Below, piece after piece: positions 17,711-27,907 of a stretch of DNA of 64,000 nt (position 1 is its first letter; every line of letters starts with the position of its first letter). The notes beneath the pieces were generated by a model. That model ran no database searches. It saw nothing but the letters and a program-made list of their open reading frames with translations, and was not told the DNA's origin. Source of the stretch: a virus (Duplodnaviria > Caudoviricetes); the IMG/VR virus record IMGVR_UViG_3300028591_003923, positions 32,001 through 96,000 of that record; one strand, given 5' to 3'. The translations under genes were made by a program, and so were the position numbers.

Positions 17711-18592
17711 ATGCAGAAATTTATAATGTGTTGTGGATTGCCAGCGTCAGGAAAAACATATTGGACAGTATATAAATGCATCGTAGAAGACGAAAATTTA
17801 GCTTTGCTTTCTTCTGATGGATTTCGTGAACTGCATCCAGAGTATGATAACAATGCAATCTTTGAATTAATGCACAAATATACAATAGAAAGCTTGGAAG
17901 CAGGGAAGACTGTAATTTACGATGCAACGAACCTGGCGCGCAAGCATAGGATGGCAATTTTGACAGAGGTAAAACGTAAGTTTCCTGCTGTGTTTTGCAG
18001 TATTGAAGTGTTCATGGCACCAATAAAGGTATTAAAGGAACGCAACTCGCATAGGACTGGCGCAGAGTGCGTACCGGATGAAGTTTTTCAGAAAATGCTG
18101 TGCAGCTTTCAGTTCCCACAGTTCTTTGAAGGCTGGGATGAGATTCATATGAACGAACATAACCAGTACCAGCTTGCTGATATGGCTAATGCGACTGACT
18201 TTGACCAGATGAATCCACATCATAAGCTTACCTTATGGGACCATTCGTCGAAGGCGCGTGAAATAATGAAAGACCACTACGGTGATGCAGTTATGCAAGA
18301 GGCAGCTTTCTTTCATGACTTGGGCAAACTCTATACTCAGACATTTGATGAGAACGGGGTCGCGCACTACTACGGTCACGAAAACGCAGGAGCATATATG
18401 TATGCACTCCATGCATTTGAGCTTGGACTTTACTCATTCAACGAGATATTAGACATACTGTTTTTAATCAACTACCATATGCGTCCATATCAATGGTCAA
18501 ACCGCACATTTCAGAAAGACCTGGAGTTATTCGGTGCAGATAAAATTAAAAAGTTAAAGTTAATTCACTTCTGCGATGAAGAAGCACATTAG
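17711..18592 (+). CDS. polynucleotide kinase (AAA_33 P-loop) fused to HD phosphohydrolase
   Basis: GLPASGKT, DATN, then HH...H...HDLGK...HE HD motifs. Confidence 0.88.
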   Translation: MQKFIMCCGLPASGKTYWTVYKCIVEDENLALLSSDGFRELHPEYDNNAIFELMHKYTIESLEAGKTVIYDATNLARKHRMAILTEVKRKFPAVFCSIEVFMAPIKVLKERNSHRTGAECVPDEVFQKMLCSFQFPQFFEGWDEIHMNEHNQYQLADMANATDFDQMNPHHKLTLWDHSSKAREIMKDHYGDAVMQEAAFFHDLGKLYTQTFDENGVAHYYGHENAGAYMYALHAFELGLYSFNEILDILFLINYHMRPYQWSNRTFQKDLELFGADKIKKLKLIHFCDEEAH

Positions 18593-18601
18593 GAGGTTAC
18601 T

Positions 18602-18940
18602 ATGGCTCATCACAAGAAAAGACATCAGAGTTATCTAAACGATTATGAAATGATAGAACTTACACAGCCGCTGGCGCATAGTAAGTATATCAAACAGATT
18701 TATCGTAAGACACTTGCAGGTAAGTGGTTTCTCACCTATGAAACTAATTCAACTTACCATATCTGTCCGTATGATGGTATTTTTAGGAACTGTGAACAGT
18801 GTGGCGCAGATAGAGAAGACTTTGACGTAAACTATTGTAAAAGAAGAGCACAGTATATAGACGAAGGTGAACTGCGGGCGCGCATAAAAGATTGCAAAGA
18901 AGCTGGACTTAGCATACATTATGTAAAGGAGATAAGCTAG
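18602..18940 (+). CDS. hypothetical protein
   Basis: AGGAGG RBS. Confidence 0.65.
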   Translation: MAHHKKRHQSYLNDYEMIELTQPLAHSKYIKQIYRKTLAGKWFLTYETNSTYHICPYDGIFRNCEQCGADREDFDVNYCKRRAQYIDEGELRARIKDCKEAGLSIHYVKEIS

Positions 18941-19201
18941 TGGATAGAGAAGACAAGATACAGTTTGGACTAAATATATTATTTGTTGTTTGTGCCGTAT
19001 TGGATTACATCTACGGTTTCACTGCCATTGAAGACCCAGTAATGCGACATTTTAACAACATGATAGTGTTCTATGGTGTTATGACTTATTCTAACGTAGC
19101 ATTTTAACAACGGCGCGCAGCGTACGTTCAAAAATATCTTTTTGACTTTTTTATAAAATTCATATATAATATATATAGAAAGTAAGAAAGGAAGTAACAA
19201 A

Positions 19202-19855
19202 ATGGATGATAGATTTGAACGTGCAAAAAAGCGTATAGGAAATATCATTGCTCACTTAAAGAAAGTTGGTTGGAACTTTAAGTGGGGCTGGGATGGTCCA
19301 TGTCATGAACTACCAGATAACATTGGAGAAGCTTCCGGTGCATCACGTCAGGTTTTTTGGGATTATAACCACGAGGATTTCGTTCTCAAAGTTGGTCTTG
19401 GAAAAGGAGATGAGAAGTACTGTGAAAAGGAAGAACAGGTTTACTGTGCTGCAAAAGAGCAGGGACTGGAAAAGTATTTCGGTTGGACAGCTTATATCTG
19501 TACGATAGACGATATGGAAATCTATGCCATGGAATTTCTTGACTGCGATGAATGTAGGGTTTCTGATGACAGCTACGAGTATCACTATGAGTTATACTGT
19601 GATGAGAATGAGCTTGACCCAAACACAGACGAGGCAAGAGAACAGTGGGAAGACCTGTTAGAATCGAATTGGTCTGTAAGTGTGGATAGTTCAGATGCAG
19701 TTACGGAGTGGTTTCTTGATAGATTAGATTGGCAGGAGCATGATGAGCTTTCAATTTTTCTGAATGATTGGCAGATTAATGACTTACATGCTGCAAACAT
19801 AGGATACAGAGGGAATATGCCTGTATTTGCGGATTACGCAGGATATGGTTGGTAG
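19202..19855 (+). CDS. protein kinase-like fold protein
   Basis: GASR loop, VLK, E helix, DLHxxN catalytic loop, DYAG. Confidence 0.75.
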   Translation: MDDRFERAKKRIGNIIAHLKKVGWNFKWGWDGPCHELPDNIGEASGASRQVFWDYNHEDFVLKVGLGKGDEKYCEKEEQVYCAAKEQGLEKYFGWTAYICTIDDMEIYAMEFLDCDECRVSDDSYEYHYELYCDENELDPNTDEAREQWEDLLESNWSVSVDSSDAVTEWFLDRLDWQEHDELSIFLNDWQINDLHAANIGYRGNMPVFADYAGYGW

Positions 19856-19879
19856 ACCATAGAAAAGGAGGACAGAATT

Positions 19880-20113
19880 TTGCAGGATGAAAAAATTTAT
19901 AGAATCCTTAGAAAGCCTGAGGGTGGATATACTATTGAGTGGTCGTGGTCACATGGCGATGAATGGTATTGGTATGATGAAGCATATACACTTTGGGGAG
20001 CTAGAAGTAAGATTAGAAAATCAGAAAAAAAATTTGATGACCCATTTGTTGTAGGTGTATACAATAATAGGGGAGAAGAAATTGTTGAGGTTAATAAGCG
20101 GTTGAACTTTTAA
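19880..20113 (+). CDS. hypothetical protein (TTG start)
   Basis: AGGAGG RBS; followed by terminator 20098-20135. Confidence 0.6.
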   Translation: MQDEKIYRILRKPEGGYTIEWSWSHGDEWYWYDEAYTLWGARSKIRKSEKKFDDPFVVGVYNNRGEEIVEVNKRLNF

Positions 20114-20139
20114 AGGAAGTTCAACCGTTTTTATTATAC

Positions 20140-21290
20140 GTTGAAGGCGCGCGGTCGTAAAATTTTCCAAAAACCTGTATCAATTTTGGGAAAAATTATG
20201 GTGCGGGCGCAGAGTACGTAGATAATTTTGCAGAAAATATGGGACGGCCGCAGAGTACATAATATCGGGTACATATGGGCGTGTATAATTTTGTAGGATT
20301 TTCCAAAACGAAATATTTTCCAAAAACATAGTGGGCGCATATTTTTCCAAGAATTTCTGCGGTCTAAAATTTTCCAAAAAATTCCAAAATTCGGGTCTGA
20401 AAAAATTAAGAGAAACTTAAACTTTTTTCTACTTATAATCGTATTAAGAAAACTTATACATATAACGTATACGTATATAGTATATATATACGTATACGTT
20501 TTTCTTATACGTAAATAGGCAAACCCGCGAAGCGGGGGAATCGCGGAGGAAAGGGAACGCAAGCGGAGCGCGCGTTGCCGCATCCGTAGCAGGTTCGCTG
20601 AGTGTAGGCGCGAAGCGCCGGAACGGAAGCGAAACGCAGCTTCAACGGAAAACGTATACGTATATAGTATACGTATATAGGGTACGGTAAACCATGGATA
20701 TAAAAAATGGTCCGCGCGCAATGTACGGAAAACGGATACGCAAAAACGTATACGTATATAAGTAAGGTAAACGTATACGTATATAGGGTACGAAAATGTA
20801 GGGGAAGCGGAGGTAAGTAATTGTATAGGTTAAACGTATACAATAAACGTATACGTAAATAGGGCGTAGCGGTCTAGCTAATGCGGATAAGTAAAGCGGT
20901 GGCGTATACGGTAAAGGTAGCGGTAAACGTATACGTAAAGTAAGACTTAGTATGTTAAAGGGTGTTTAACGTACACGTCCAACGTATACGACTTATGTAC
21001 ATTAGGCTCCCATTTGTTGCCACGTGACGTGCAAGGACGGCAGATGTTGCGCATTAGGGGTCTGCAATAGGGGCAGTAGGCATAGGAACGGTATAATTCG
21101 TGGCAATAGGTGGTAGTAAGTGGAAATAAGTGAAAATAAGTGGCTGCCACAGCCATTGACAAAAATCAAATTTTTATTTAAAAAAATAAAAAATTTTTGA
21201 AAAAAACGTCCAACGTATACGAAAAACGTATACGTAAAGGGGTTCTCAACGTATAAGTTGAACGTATAAGTCCCTCTTCAGGCTTTCCGA
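20140..21290. repeat. non-coding repeat zone: TTTTCCAAAA tracts then >10 ACGTATAC(GT) palindromes; candidate origin or genome-end region
   Basis: Repeats seen directly; lies at a transcriptional convergence; ORFs here are low-complexity artefacts. Confidence 0.7.
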
Positions 21291-21356
21291 CGCTTCCGCG
21301 CCAATAAAAAAAGAACAGGTCTTCCGACCTGTCCCTTTGAAGAGGCTTTTCTTACA

Positions 21357-21698
21357 CTAGCAAGCGATGTAGCCTTTCTGCATTCCCTTGCCCTTAATTT
21401 TAACGTCCGTTACGTCCGCCTGTCCGTCCTTTACAGCCTGTCTGCACAGTGCTGAAGCCTTCTGAGTGGACACTCCCAGCTTCTCACCGACCATTGTAGC
21501 TGTCTGCGGCTCGTCAGTAAGGATTTCCGCAACAATCTTCTCAATCAGTGGAGCGTTCTCCTGAGCTTTCTTGGACACTCTCTCGCGTCTCTTAGCGTTT
21601 GCGGCGTCCATTTTCTTCAGCTCTTCACCTGCCATAGCCTGGATTTCCTCTGTCATTGTTCCGTTAACGATTGCTTCCATGAATTCTCTCTTAGTCAT
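21357..21698 (-). CDS. small winged-helix-like DNA-binding protein, paralog 1
   Basis: MTKREF...TATMVGEKLGVSTQKASALCRQ...KGY; paralogs at 25206 and 27155. Confidence 0.8.
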   Translation of the reverse strand: MTKREFMEAIVNGTMTEEIQAMAGEELKKMDAANAKRRERVSKKAQENAPLIEKIVAEILTDEPQTATMVGEKLGVSTQKASALCRQAVKDGQADVTDVKIKGKGMQKGYIAC

Positions 21699-22028
21699 TT
21701 TAATTCTCTCTTTCTCGCGTAGGTCGCGACCCAGTTACTTTGATTTTTTAGGGAGAGAAGTTACTTTTCTCTCTCACTTTCTATATATATTATATAAGAA
21801 TTTCCAGACTTTTTCAAGTTTTTACTTGTTCTTTCCAGCGCATCGGCGGAGCTGGAGTCTGGACGGGAAGAACTTTTCTATTCTTTCCTCTTTCATCTTA
21901 CATATATATTATAGCTAAAATTTAATAAATTCTCAAATTTTATTCAATTTAAAATGCGGCGCGCTCAAAATTTGATTTTTTAAGTCAAATTTCCAGGCGG
22001 CCCCGTTAAAAACTTAAAGAAATACGGG

Positions 22029-22168
22029 CGCAGCTCCGAATTTCCTCCGATGAAGAGGGACAATCGCAGCTCCCCAAGCCTCTTCAGCGCAGCTCCCTCC
22101 GTGTGGAATAATCGCAGCTCGTCCGCGGCGTGTGGACGCAGCTCCCGCGCAGCTCCTTATCGCAGCTC
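22029..22168 (+). repeat. seven direct copies of CGCAGCTC
   Basis: 22029, 22065, 22088, 22113, 22137, 22148, 22161. Confidence 0.85.
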
Positions 22169-22431
22169 CTGGACGGCCATTTATAACGGACGCTCCACGC
22201 GGCGTGGCTGCCGTCGGTGGACGCGAAACAACGACAGACTTCGTTTGTTAATTAACAAACAATCGGCGTACCGAACGGATGTTTGCTGGCAAAATCTGGA
22301 AAAGCTGGGAAAAACTGGAAATTTTTGACGTCTAAAGATTTGAATATTCTGAAAATTAGACGTATAACGTCTAAGATATGGCGTGACGTCTAAGGAAATA
22401 AAAACGGTTCATTTGAACCGTCTTTCTTTTT

Positions 22432-22647
22432 TTATATGGTGTAAAGGTCTGTTCCTTTGTATGGTTTAATTATTCCATTTTCTATCAATTCATTCCATAC
22501 CTTTTCAAGTTCTTCTTCTGTAAATGCTATATCTACATTTTTGAATCCGTTAATAAATGTTGCTTTTTTAAATGGAAGTCCTGCATGATTTGTTGTCCAT
22601 GTTATAACCGCTTTTGTAATTTTCAATTCTCTGATAATGTTAATCAT
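22432..22647 (-). CDS. hypothetical protein
   Basis: GAAAGGA RBS before ATG 22647; terminator near 22400. Confidence 0.6.
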   Translation of the reverse strand: MINIIRELKITKAVITWTTNHAGLPFKKATFINGFKNVDIAFTEEELEKVWNELIENGIIKPYKGTDLYTI

Positions 22648-22648
22648 T

Positions 22649-22855
22649 TTATTTTTTCCTTTCTGCAAGTCTGCGATTAATTTCTTTTTTAACGCTATCA
22701 TAAATATATCCACAATTATAATAATCACAACTATCATAACCCGCCATTATATCATCAAAAACTACTGCAAAGTTTTCTCCATTTTCTACGCAATGGCACA
22801 TTTCTTCTAAATCATCATCACAAATTGTAATTACTCCAGTGTATTCAAAGTCCAT
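22649..22855 (-). CDS. hypothetical acidic protein
   Basis: Promoter and AAAGGAG RBS. Confidence 0.65.
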   Translation of the reverse strand: MDFEYTGVITICDDDLEEMCHCVENGENFAVVFDDIMAGYDSCDYYNCGYIYDSVKKEINRRLAERKK

Positions 22856-22893
22856 TTTTTATTCTCCTTTCTTTTGATTACATTATTATTATA

Positions 22894-23076
22894 TCAGAAG
22901 TCTTTTAATTTGTCAAGTATTATTTGTTCTCTTTTTATGTTTTTATAAAGTCTATTTTCTTTACACCATAGACAAGAGCCATGATTTCTACAAGTACAGT
23001 CTATTGCTTTTGCTCCATAATATGGTTTTCTATGCTCTTTTTTGTGTTCAATTGCTTTGTCTAACATATCTATCAT
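22894..23076 (-). CDS. conserved small basic phage protein (CRNHGSCxWC)
   Basis: Promoter and AAGGAG RBS. Confidence 0.7.
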   Translation of the reverse strand: MIDMLDKAIEHKKEHRKPYYGAKAIDCTCRNHGSCLWCKENRLYKNIKREQIILDKLKDF

Positions 23077-23226
23077 CTCCTTACATTATTATTATATAGG
23101 AATTTTTATATATTGTCAAGTACTTTTTAAAAATATTTTGACGTCTAAGTTACATATAATTTAGACGTTTAACGTCTAAGAATGAGTACAAAAAAACGTG
23201 CTCCCATTTCGGGAGCACGCTCACCC

Positions 23227-23565
23227 TTACTTGGCACGCATCTTTTCGTCATGCTCAATTTTTTTGGCTTTCTCTTCGGCTTTCTTTTTTGCCTTGAGTT
23301 CTTTTTCCTTGAGTTTATGCTCGTAATCTTCGGCTTCGGCATAACCGTCAAATGGTTCTCTGCCTTTGTCTGCGCCAGTAGGAATTGTAATTGTAATTAC
23401 TGCCCACTTTTCGTCACCATTTTCATCAACGCAAGGGGTACAAATTGCATTAGATTTGTACTGTAAAATCTCATAATTATCTTTTGAAAAATATTCTTTG
23501 ATGAGTTCAAGAAAGCCCTGTCTGAGATTTTCATTTGCGATTTTGTTTGATACCATATATATCAC
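23227..23565 (-). CDS. hypothetical protein, PTGADKGREP family paralog 1
   Basis: Shares long identity blocks with 26325. Confidence 0.8.
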   Translation of the reverse strand: MIYMVSNKIANENLRQGFLELIKEYFSKDNYEILQYKSNAICTPCVDENGDEKWAVITITIPTGADKGREPFDGYAEAEDYEHKLKEKELKAKKKAEEKAKKIEHDEKMRAK

Positions 23566-23612
23566 TTCCTTTCAAGTATATGATACTACTTTTATAGTAT
23601 ATTGTCAAGTGT

Positions 23613-23774
23613 TTATAAATAAATTTCTTTTTCTTTTTCGTAAATTTCCATTTCTTCTACAATTATATTTCTTGAGATGCCCTCTTCGTCTGTAAAAACT
23701 TCAAAGTTTTCACAACCGTTTTTTACTGCCCATTCATATAATTCTTTAATTGTATTAATAATATGTGCCTTCAT
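23613..23774 (-). CDS. small hypothetical (53 aa)
   Basis: Promoter and AAAGGAG RBS; read manually. Confidence 0.55.
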   Translation of the reverse strand: MKAHIINTIKELYEWAVKNGCENFEVFTDEEGISRNIIVEEMEIYEKEKEIYL

Positions 23775-23958
23775 TTTTTTATTCTCCTTTCATTTTCTAT
23801 ATATATTATATAGGATAGAATTGTATTTGTCAACAACTATTTTGACGTCTAAAGAAAAATTTTTTATAACTTAGACGTTTAACGTCTAAGGCGGCCGCGC
23901 GGTTAGACGTCAAAAAAAGTATAAAATAAAAGCGGTTTTATGTAAACCGCCTTATTTT

Positions 23959-24627
23959 TTATTTAAAACATTTTCTTCTCATTTTTTTATGCTGTGCCAT
24001 ACAATGAGCGAATATCTCCTTTTCAATTAATACATCTTCAAGTCCTGTGTGACTTTCGTCAAAGTTTTCTTGTCCTGTGATATATCTATAAAGTATTTCT
24101 GCGGTTGCACGCACCTGTCCATTTTTACAAATATATCCGTTGTCTTTCGCCCATTGTTTATACATTTTTTGTTTGCATATTGTGTCCTGTGCCATTTTCA
24201 GAGTATCCCATAAAATTGTACCGTATGGGAGAAAATATCTATATTTTGATTTTGTTAAATATCTCTGTGTTGTTGCGGTTGACTTGTAGTCAAATCTTGC
24301 GTTGTGTGCAATAAGAATATTTATGTTATATTCTTTACAAATGTTATAAATATAATTTTTAATTGTTGCCCACCTTGCGACTTTGCGCTGTCCTGTTTTT
24401 ATTTGTTCTTCATAGCGTGGAATTTTTTCGGCATAATACGCTGATTTCATCAAGTCTTTCATTTTATAAAAGACTTCATAATTAACGAATGAAAAGGTGT
24501 GATATACATTTCCTTTTTTGTCTACTACCGCACCGCCTATGTCGTAAACGATAGGGTCATCCATTGAGTTGGTTGTTTCTGTATCAAATACTAAATAATA
24601 AGTTTTTCTTCTGTCAATTTTTTCCAT
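23959..24627 (-). CDS. DEDDh 3'-5' exonuclease (DnaQ-like), paralog 1
   Basis: FDTET, AHNARFD, HTGLED. Confidence 0.88.
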   Translation of the reverse strand: MEKIDRRKTYYLVFDTETTNSMDDPIVYDIGGAVVDKKGNVYHTFSFVNYEVFYKMKDLMKSAYYAEKIPRYEEQIKTGQRKVARWATIKNYIYNICKEYNINILIAHNARFDYKSTATTQRYLTKSKYRYFLPYGTILWDTLKMAQDTICKQKMYKQWAKDNGYICKNGQVRATAEILYRYITGQENFDESHTGLEDVLIEKEIFAHCMAQHKKMRRKCFK

Positions 24628-24842
24628 TATTTTTTCTTCCTTTCTGTCCTCTTCAAGGACAATATTATAATATCATATTTTGATATAGTTGTCAACATAT
24701 TTTTTGTTGATTTTGACGTCTAAGTTTTAAAAACTTAGACGTTTAACGTCTAAGAATATAAGGCGCGCCTTATCTAGAAGGCGCGAGCGTGAAGAGGATA
24801 CATGCGAGCATGAGCAAGGCGCGAGCAATTGTAATTTCCATT

Positions 24843-25022
24843 TTATTCTCCTTTTGCATTTTTTGCACTTTTAAATTTAAATCGTTCTTTAATCCAGAAC
24901 TTTTTACCACATTCAGAACATTCTACTTCTACATCGGCAGTTACAGAATCTCCTTCGTAATCATAACCCTCGATAAAGATAACTTCATAATCTTCACATT
25001 TACATTTTGGACATCTAACCAT
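24843..25022 (-). CDS. small Zn-ribbon protein (59 aa)
   Basis: CPKC...CSECG; promoter and GAAAGGAG RBS; read manually. Confidence 0.6.
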   Translation of the reverse strand: MVRCPKCKCEDYEVIFIEGYDYEGDSVTADVEVECSECGKKFWIKERFKFKSAKNAKGE

Positions 25023-25205
25023 TTTTTTTATCTCCTTTCTTATTACACTATTATAATATCATATTAATATATCTGTGTCAAATACTTTTTTATAAAATAA
25101 GAAAATTTTTGACGTCTAATGTCTGGAATTTAACTTAGACGTTTAACGTCTAAACTTTTCTCAAAAAAACGAGCACACCTTTCGGTGTACTCGCGCGGTA
25201 GAAAG

Positions 25206-25535
25206 TTACTCTGCGATGAAGTAACCCTTCTGAGTTCCCTTCCCCTTGACCTTGACGTCCGTAACCTTGACGTCCATCTGTCTGAGAAGTGCGCTCGCCT
25301 TCTGTGTTGAGATTTCAACCAACTTGGCGATTGTGCTCGCTGTCATTGGCTCTGTTGTCAGAACCTTTGCGATTTCTGCCTTGATTGGCTCGTTGGCAAG
25401 TGCTGTCTTGCTTGGACGCTCTGCTCTCTTTGCGTTGCGCCTGTCAAGAGATTCAATTTCCTTCTGTGCGAAGTCCTTCATCTCCTGTGATTCTACCATT
25501 GCGATAACGTTCTCCATGAATTCTCTCTTTGTCAT
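25206..25535 (-). CDS. small winged-helix-like DNA-binding protein, paralog 2
   Basis: MTKREF...STQKASALLRQ...VKVKGKGTQKGY. Confidence 0.8.
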   Translation of the reverse strand: MTKREFMENVIAMVESQEMKDFAQKEIESLDRRNAKRAERPSKTALANEPIKAEIAKVLTTEPMTASTIAKLVEISTQKASALLRQMDVKVTDVKVKGKGTQKGYFIAE

Positions 25536-25972
25536 TGTAAGTACCTTTCCTTTCTTTTTTTTCTTTTCTTTAACTTACATATACATTTTATCATATGTTT
25601 TTTATGTTGTCAAGGGATTTTTTAAAGTTTTCCGCAAATTCTTTAAATATTTCTGAAGCAAGATTTTTGGTTTGTCCATGCGTCTTGGTTTTCCGTTCTT
25701 TTTGCTCTCCCTTGGAACAATTATATTGTATCACGTTTCCGTGATATTGTCAAGAGGAAATTTCTTCTTTTTTGAAATAAATTTCAAAACCGACCTCCGA
25801 CCACTCTACTTCTTTCCTCTTGACAAGTATATATTACTACAACTATTATATAATGTCAACCCCTTTTAATAAAATTTTATCTATATTTTTAAAATTTTTG
25901 ACGTCTAAGATTAAAAGGAACTTTTAGACGTTTAACGTCTAAAGAAAAAAGGACGCATGCGCGTCCTCTACA

Positions 25973-26128
25973 TTAATAGTCTTTTGTTATACCTATAAGA
26001 CAAATTATTTTTTCTGATATTTCTGTCGCGGCAATTTCACAACCATCGCTATCATTAATGGCAACCATTACTTTTGCATTAGGACTATATTCTTTTAATT
26101 CTTCGATGAGTTCTGCTACTGTTATCAT
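25973..26128 (-). CDS. small hypothetical (MxTVAELIEEL family)
   Basis: Promoter, GAAGG RBS, terminator. Confidence 0.6.
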   Translation of the reverse strand: MITVAELIEELKEYSPNAKVMVAINDSDGCEIAATEISEKIICLIGITKDY

Positions 26129-26324
26129 TTTTCTACCTTCTTTCTGCTCCCCTTGGAACAATTATATTATAACACTTTCAAAGTGAATGTCAACACTTTT
26201 TAAAAATTATTTTGACGTCTAATTTATTTAATTTTGGATTAGACGTTTAACGTCTAAAGCGGACGGCCGCCTTAGACGTCAAAAAATGCTTAAAAAAAGA
26301 ACAGACTTTCGTCTGTTCTCTTTT

Positions 26325-26657
26325 TTACTTTTGTTCACGCATCTTTTTATCGTGTTCAATTTTTTTTTCTTTTTCGGCTTTCTTTTTCTCTGCCTTAATT
26401 TCCTTTTCTTTCAACTTGTGAGCATAGTCCTCTGCCTCTGCATAACCGTCATAAGGCTCGCGACCTTTATCTGCTCCCGTTGGAACTTTTACAGTGAGCA
26501 CAATCCATTTTTCGTTGTCCTCTTCATCAATTACGGGAATTGCAATCTCATTAGATTTTACCCGCAGAACCTCTTCATTTTCTTTGAAGAAATTGGTAAT
26601 AGTTTCAAGATAAGTTTCTCTTAATCTTTCGTTAAGTACTCTGTTTGAAAGTGCCAT
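26325..26657 (-). CDS. hypothetical protein, PTGADKGREP family paralog 2
   Basis: GAAAGGAG RBS before ATG 26657. Confidence 0.8.
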   Translation of the reverse strand: MALSNRVLNERLRETYLETITNFFKENEEVLRVKSNEIAIPVIDEEDNEKWIVLTVKVPTGADKGREPYDGYAEAEDYAHKLKEKEIKAEKKKAEKEKKIEHDKKMREQK

Positions 26658-26728
26658 AATTTTTTCTCCTTTCTTATTTTCTATATATATTATATCACAA
26701 ATTTTTAATTTTGTCAAATTATTTTTTC

Positions 26729-26971
26729 TTAAGAAATTATACCACCAAGAAGTTTTATAGCGAGCAAGCCACAAGTAATGGCAAGACATGAACAGTCTTT
26801 GACTTTATCCGCAAGCGGACGTTTGAGCACGAACGTGCGAGCAACCGCGCACACATTAGCGGTAAGATATATGCACTGTCCGATAATAAAGTTACTGCCT
26901 ACTGTACACTGTCCGATAATAAGACATATAAGAACAAAATAATTAAGTGTTTCAAAAATTTTTTCTTTCAT
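26729..26971 (-). CDS. small membrane protein
   Basis: Three hydrophobic segments; promoter and RBS. Confidence 0.65.
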   Translation of the reverse strand: MKEKIFETLNYFVLICLIIGQCTVGSNFIIGQCIYLTANVCAVARTFVLKRPLADKVKDCSCLAITCGLLAIKLLGGIIS

Positions 26972-27154
26972 TGTTTTACTTCCTTTCTTTTCCTTTTGTA
27001 ATTAAATTATATATTATTAAAATATGTTTGTCAAGTATTATTTTTTAAAAATGACGTCTAATGTTTTGTTAATCTTAGACGTTTAACGTCTAAACATTTC
27101 CCCAACAAAAAACCGTCACATTTCTGTGACGGTTTCCGTGACGGTTAGCAAAGT

Positions 27155-27496
27155 CTATGCAACCTTGTACCCTTTCTGAGTACCCTTACCCTTTACCTTT
27201 ACATCTGTTACAGTGAGCGTACCATCTGTAACCATCTGTCTGCAAAGAGCACTGACTTTCTGTGTGGTGAGTTCAAGACCCTTTCCGATTTCGCTTGCAA
27301 CGGTGAAGTCCTTTCCATTAAGGAAGTCAAGGATGTTTGTTTTAATTGGCTCGTTTTCAATTGCTTTCTTTGATGGCTGATTTGCTCTCTTTGCGTTTCT
27401 TGCATCAAGTTTTGCAATTGCATTTGTTGCATGTTCCATCATTTCGTCATTGATAATTCCATTCATAACGTTTTCAAAAAATTCTCTGTTTGTCAT
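27155..27496 (-). CDS. small winged-helix-like DNA-binding protein, paralog 3
   Basis: MTNREF...TTQKVSALCRQ...KGY. Confidence 0.8.
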   Translation of the reverse strand: MTNREFFENVMNGIINDEMMEHATNAIAKLDARNAKRANQPSKKAIENEPIKTNILDFLNGKDFTVASEIGKGLELTTQKVSALCRQMVTDGTLTVTDVKVKGKGTQKGYKVA

Positions 27497-27907
27497 AATT
27501 TTACCTACTTTCTTGCGTTGGTCGCAACCCTTTTTAATTTTACTTTTGGGAGTTCCTTTTGTCTCCCTTTACCTTACATTTATATTGTAGCAAACTTTTT
27601 TAAGTTTGTCAATATCTTTTTTAGATTTTTTTAAAAAAGTTTTTCGAGTGCGCACTCCATAAGTTCTGACACTTTAGTAGTCACGGATTAGTTTTTCCTC
27701 TATTCACTGGGGAGTACCCTTTTTCTCTCTCCCTTGGAACAATTATATTATATCACTTTGAATATATAAGTCAATACCTTTTTTAATTTTGAAGAGGATT
27801 TTTTGACGTCTAATTTATTTAATTTTGGGTTTAGACGTTTAACGTCTAAGTCAACCGCGCGCCTTAGACGTCAAAAATTCTAAAAAAATAAGGGGAATTT
27901 CTCCCCT

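Noticed and set aside
20134-21162. ORFs 20134-20721, 20180-20377, 20505-20843, 20947-21162
   Set aside because: Low-complexity translations of DNA repeats with no RBS
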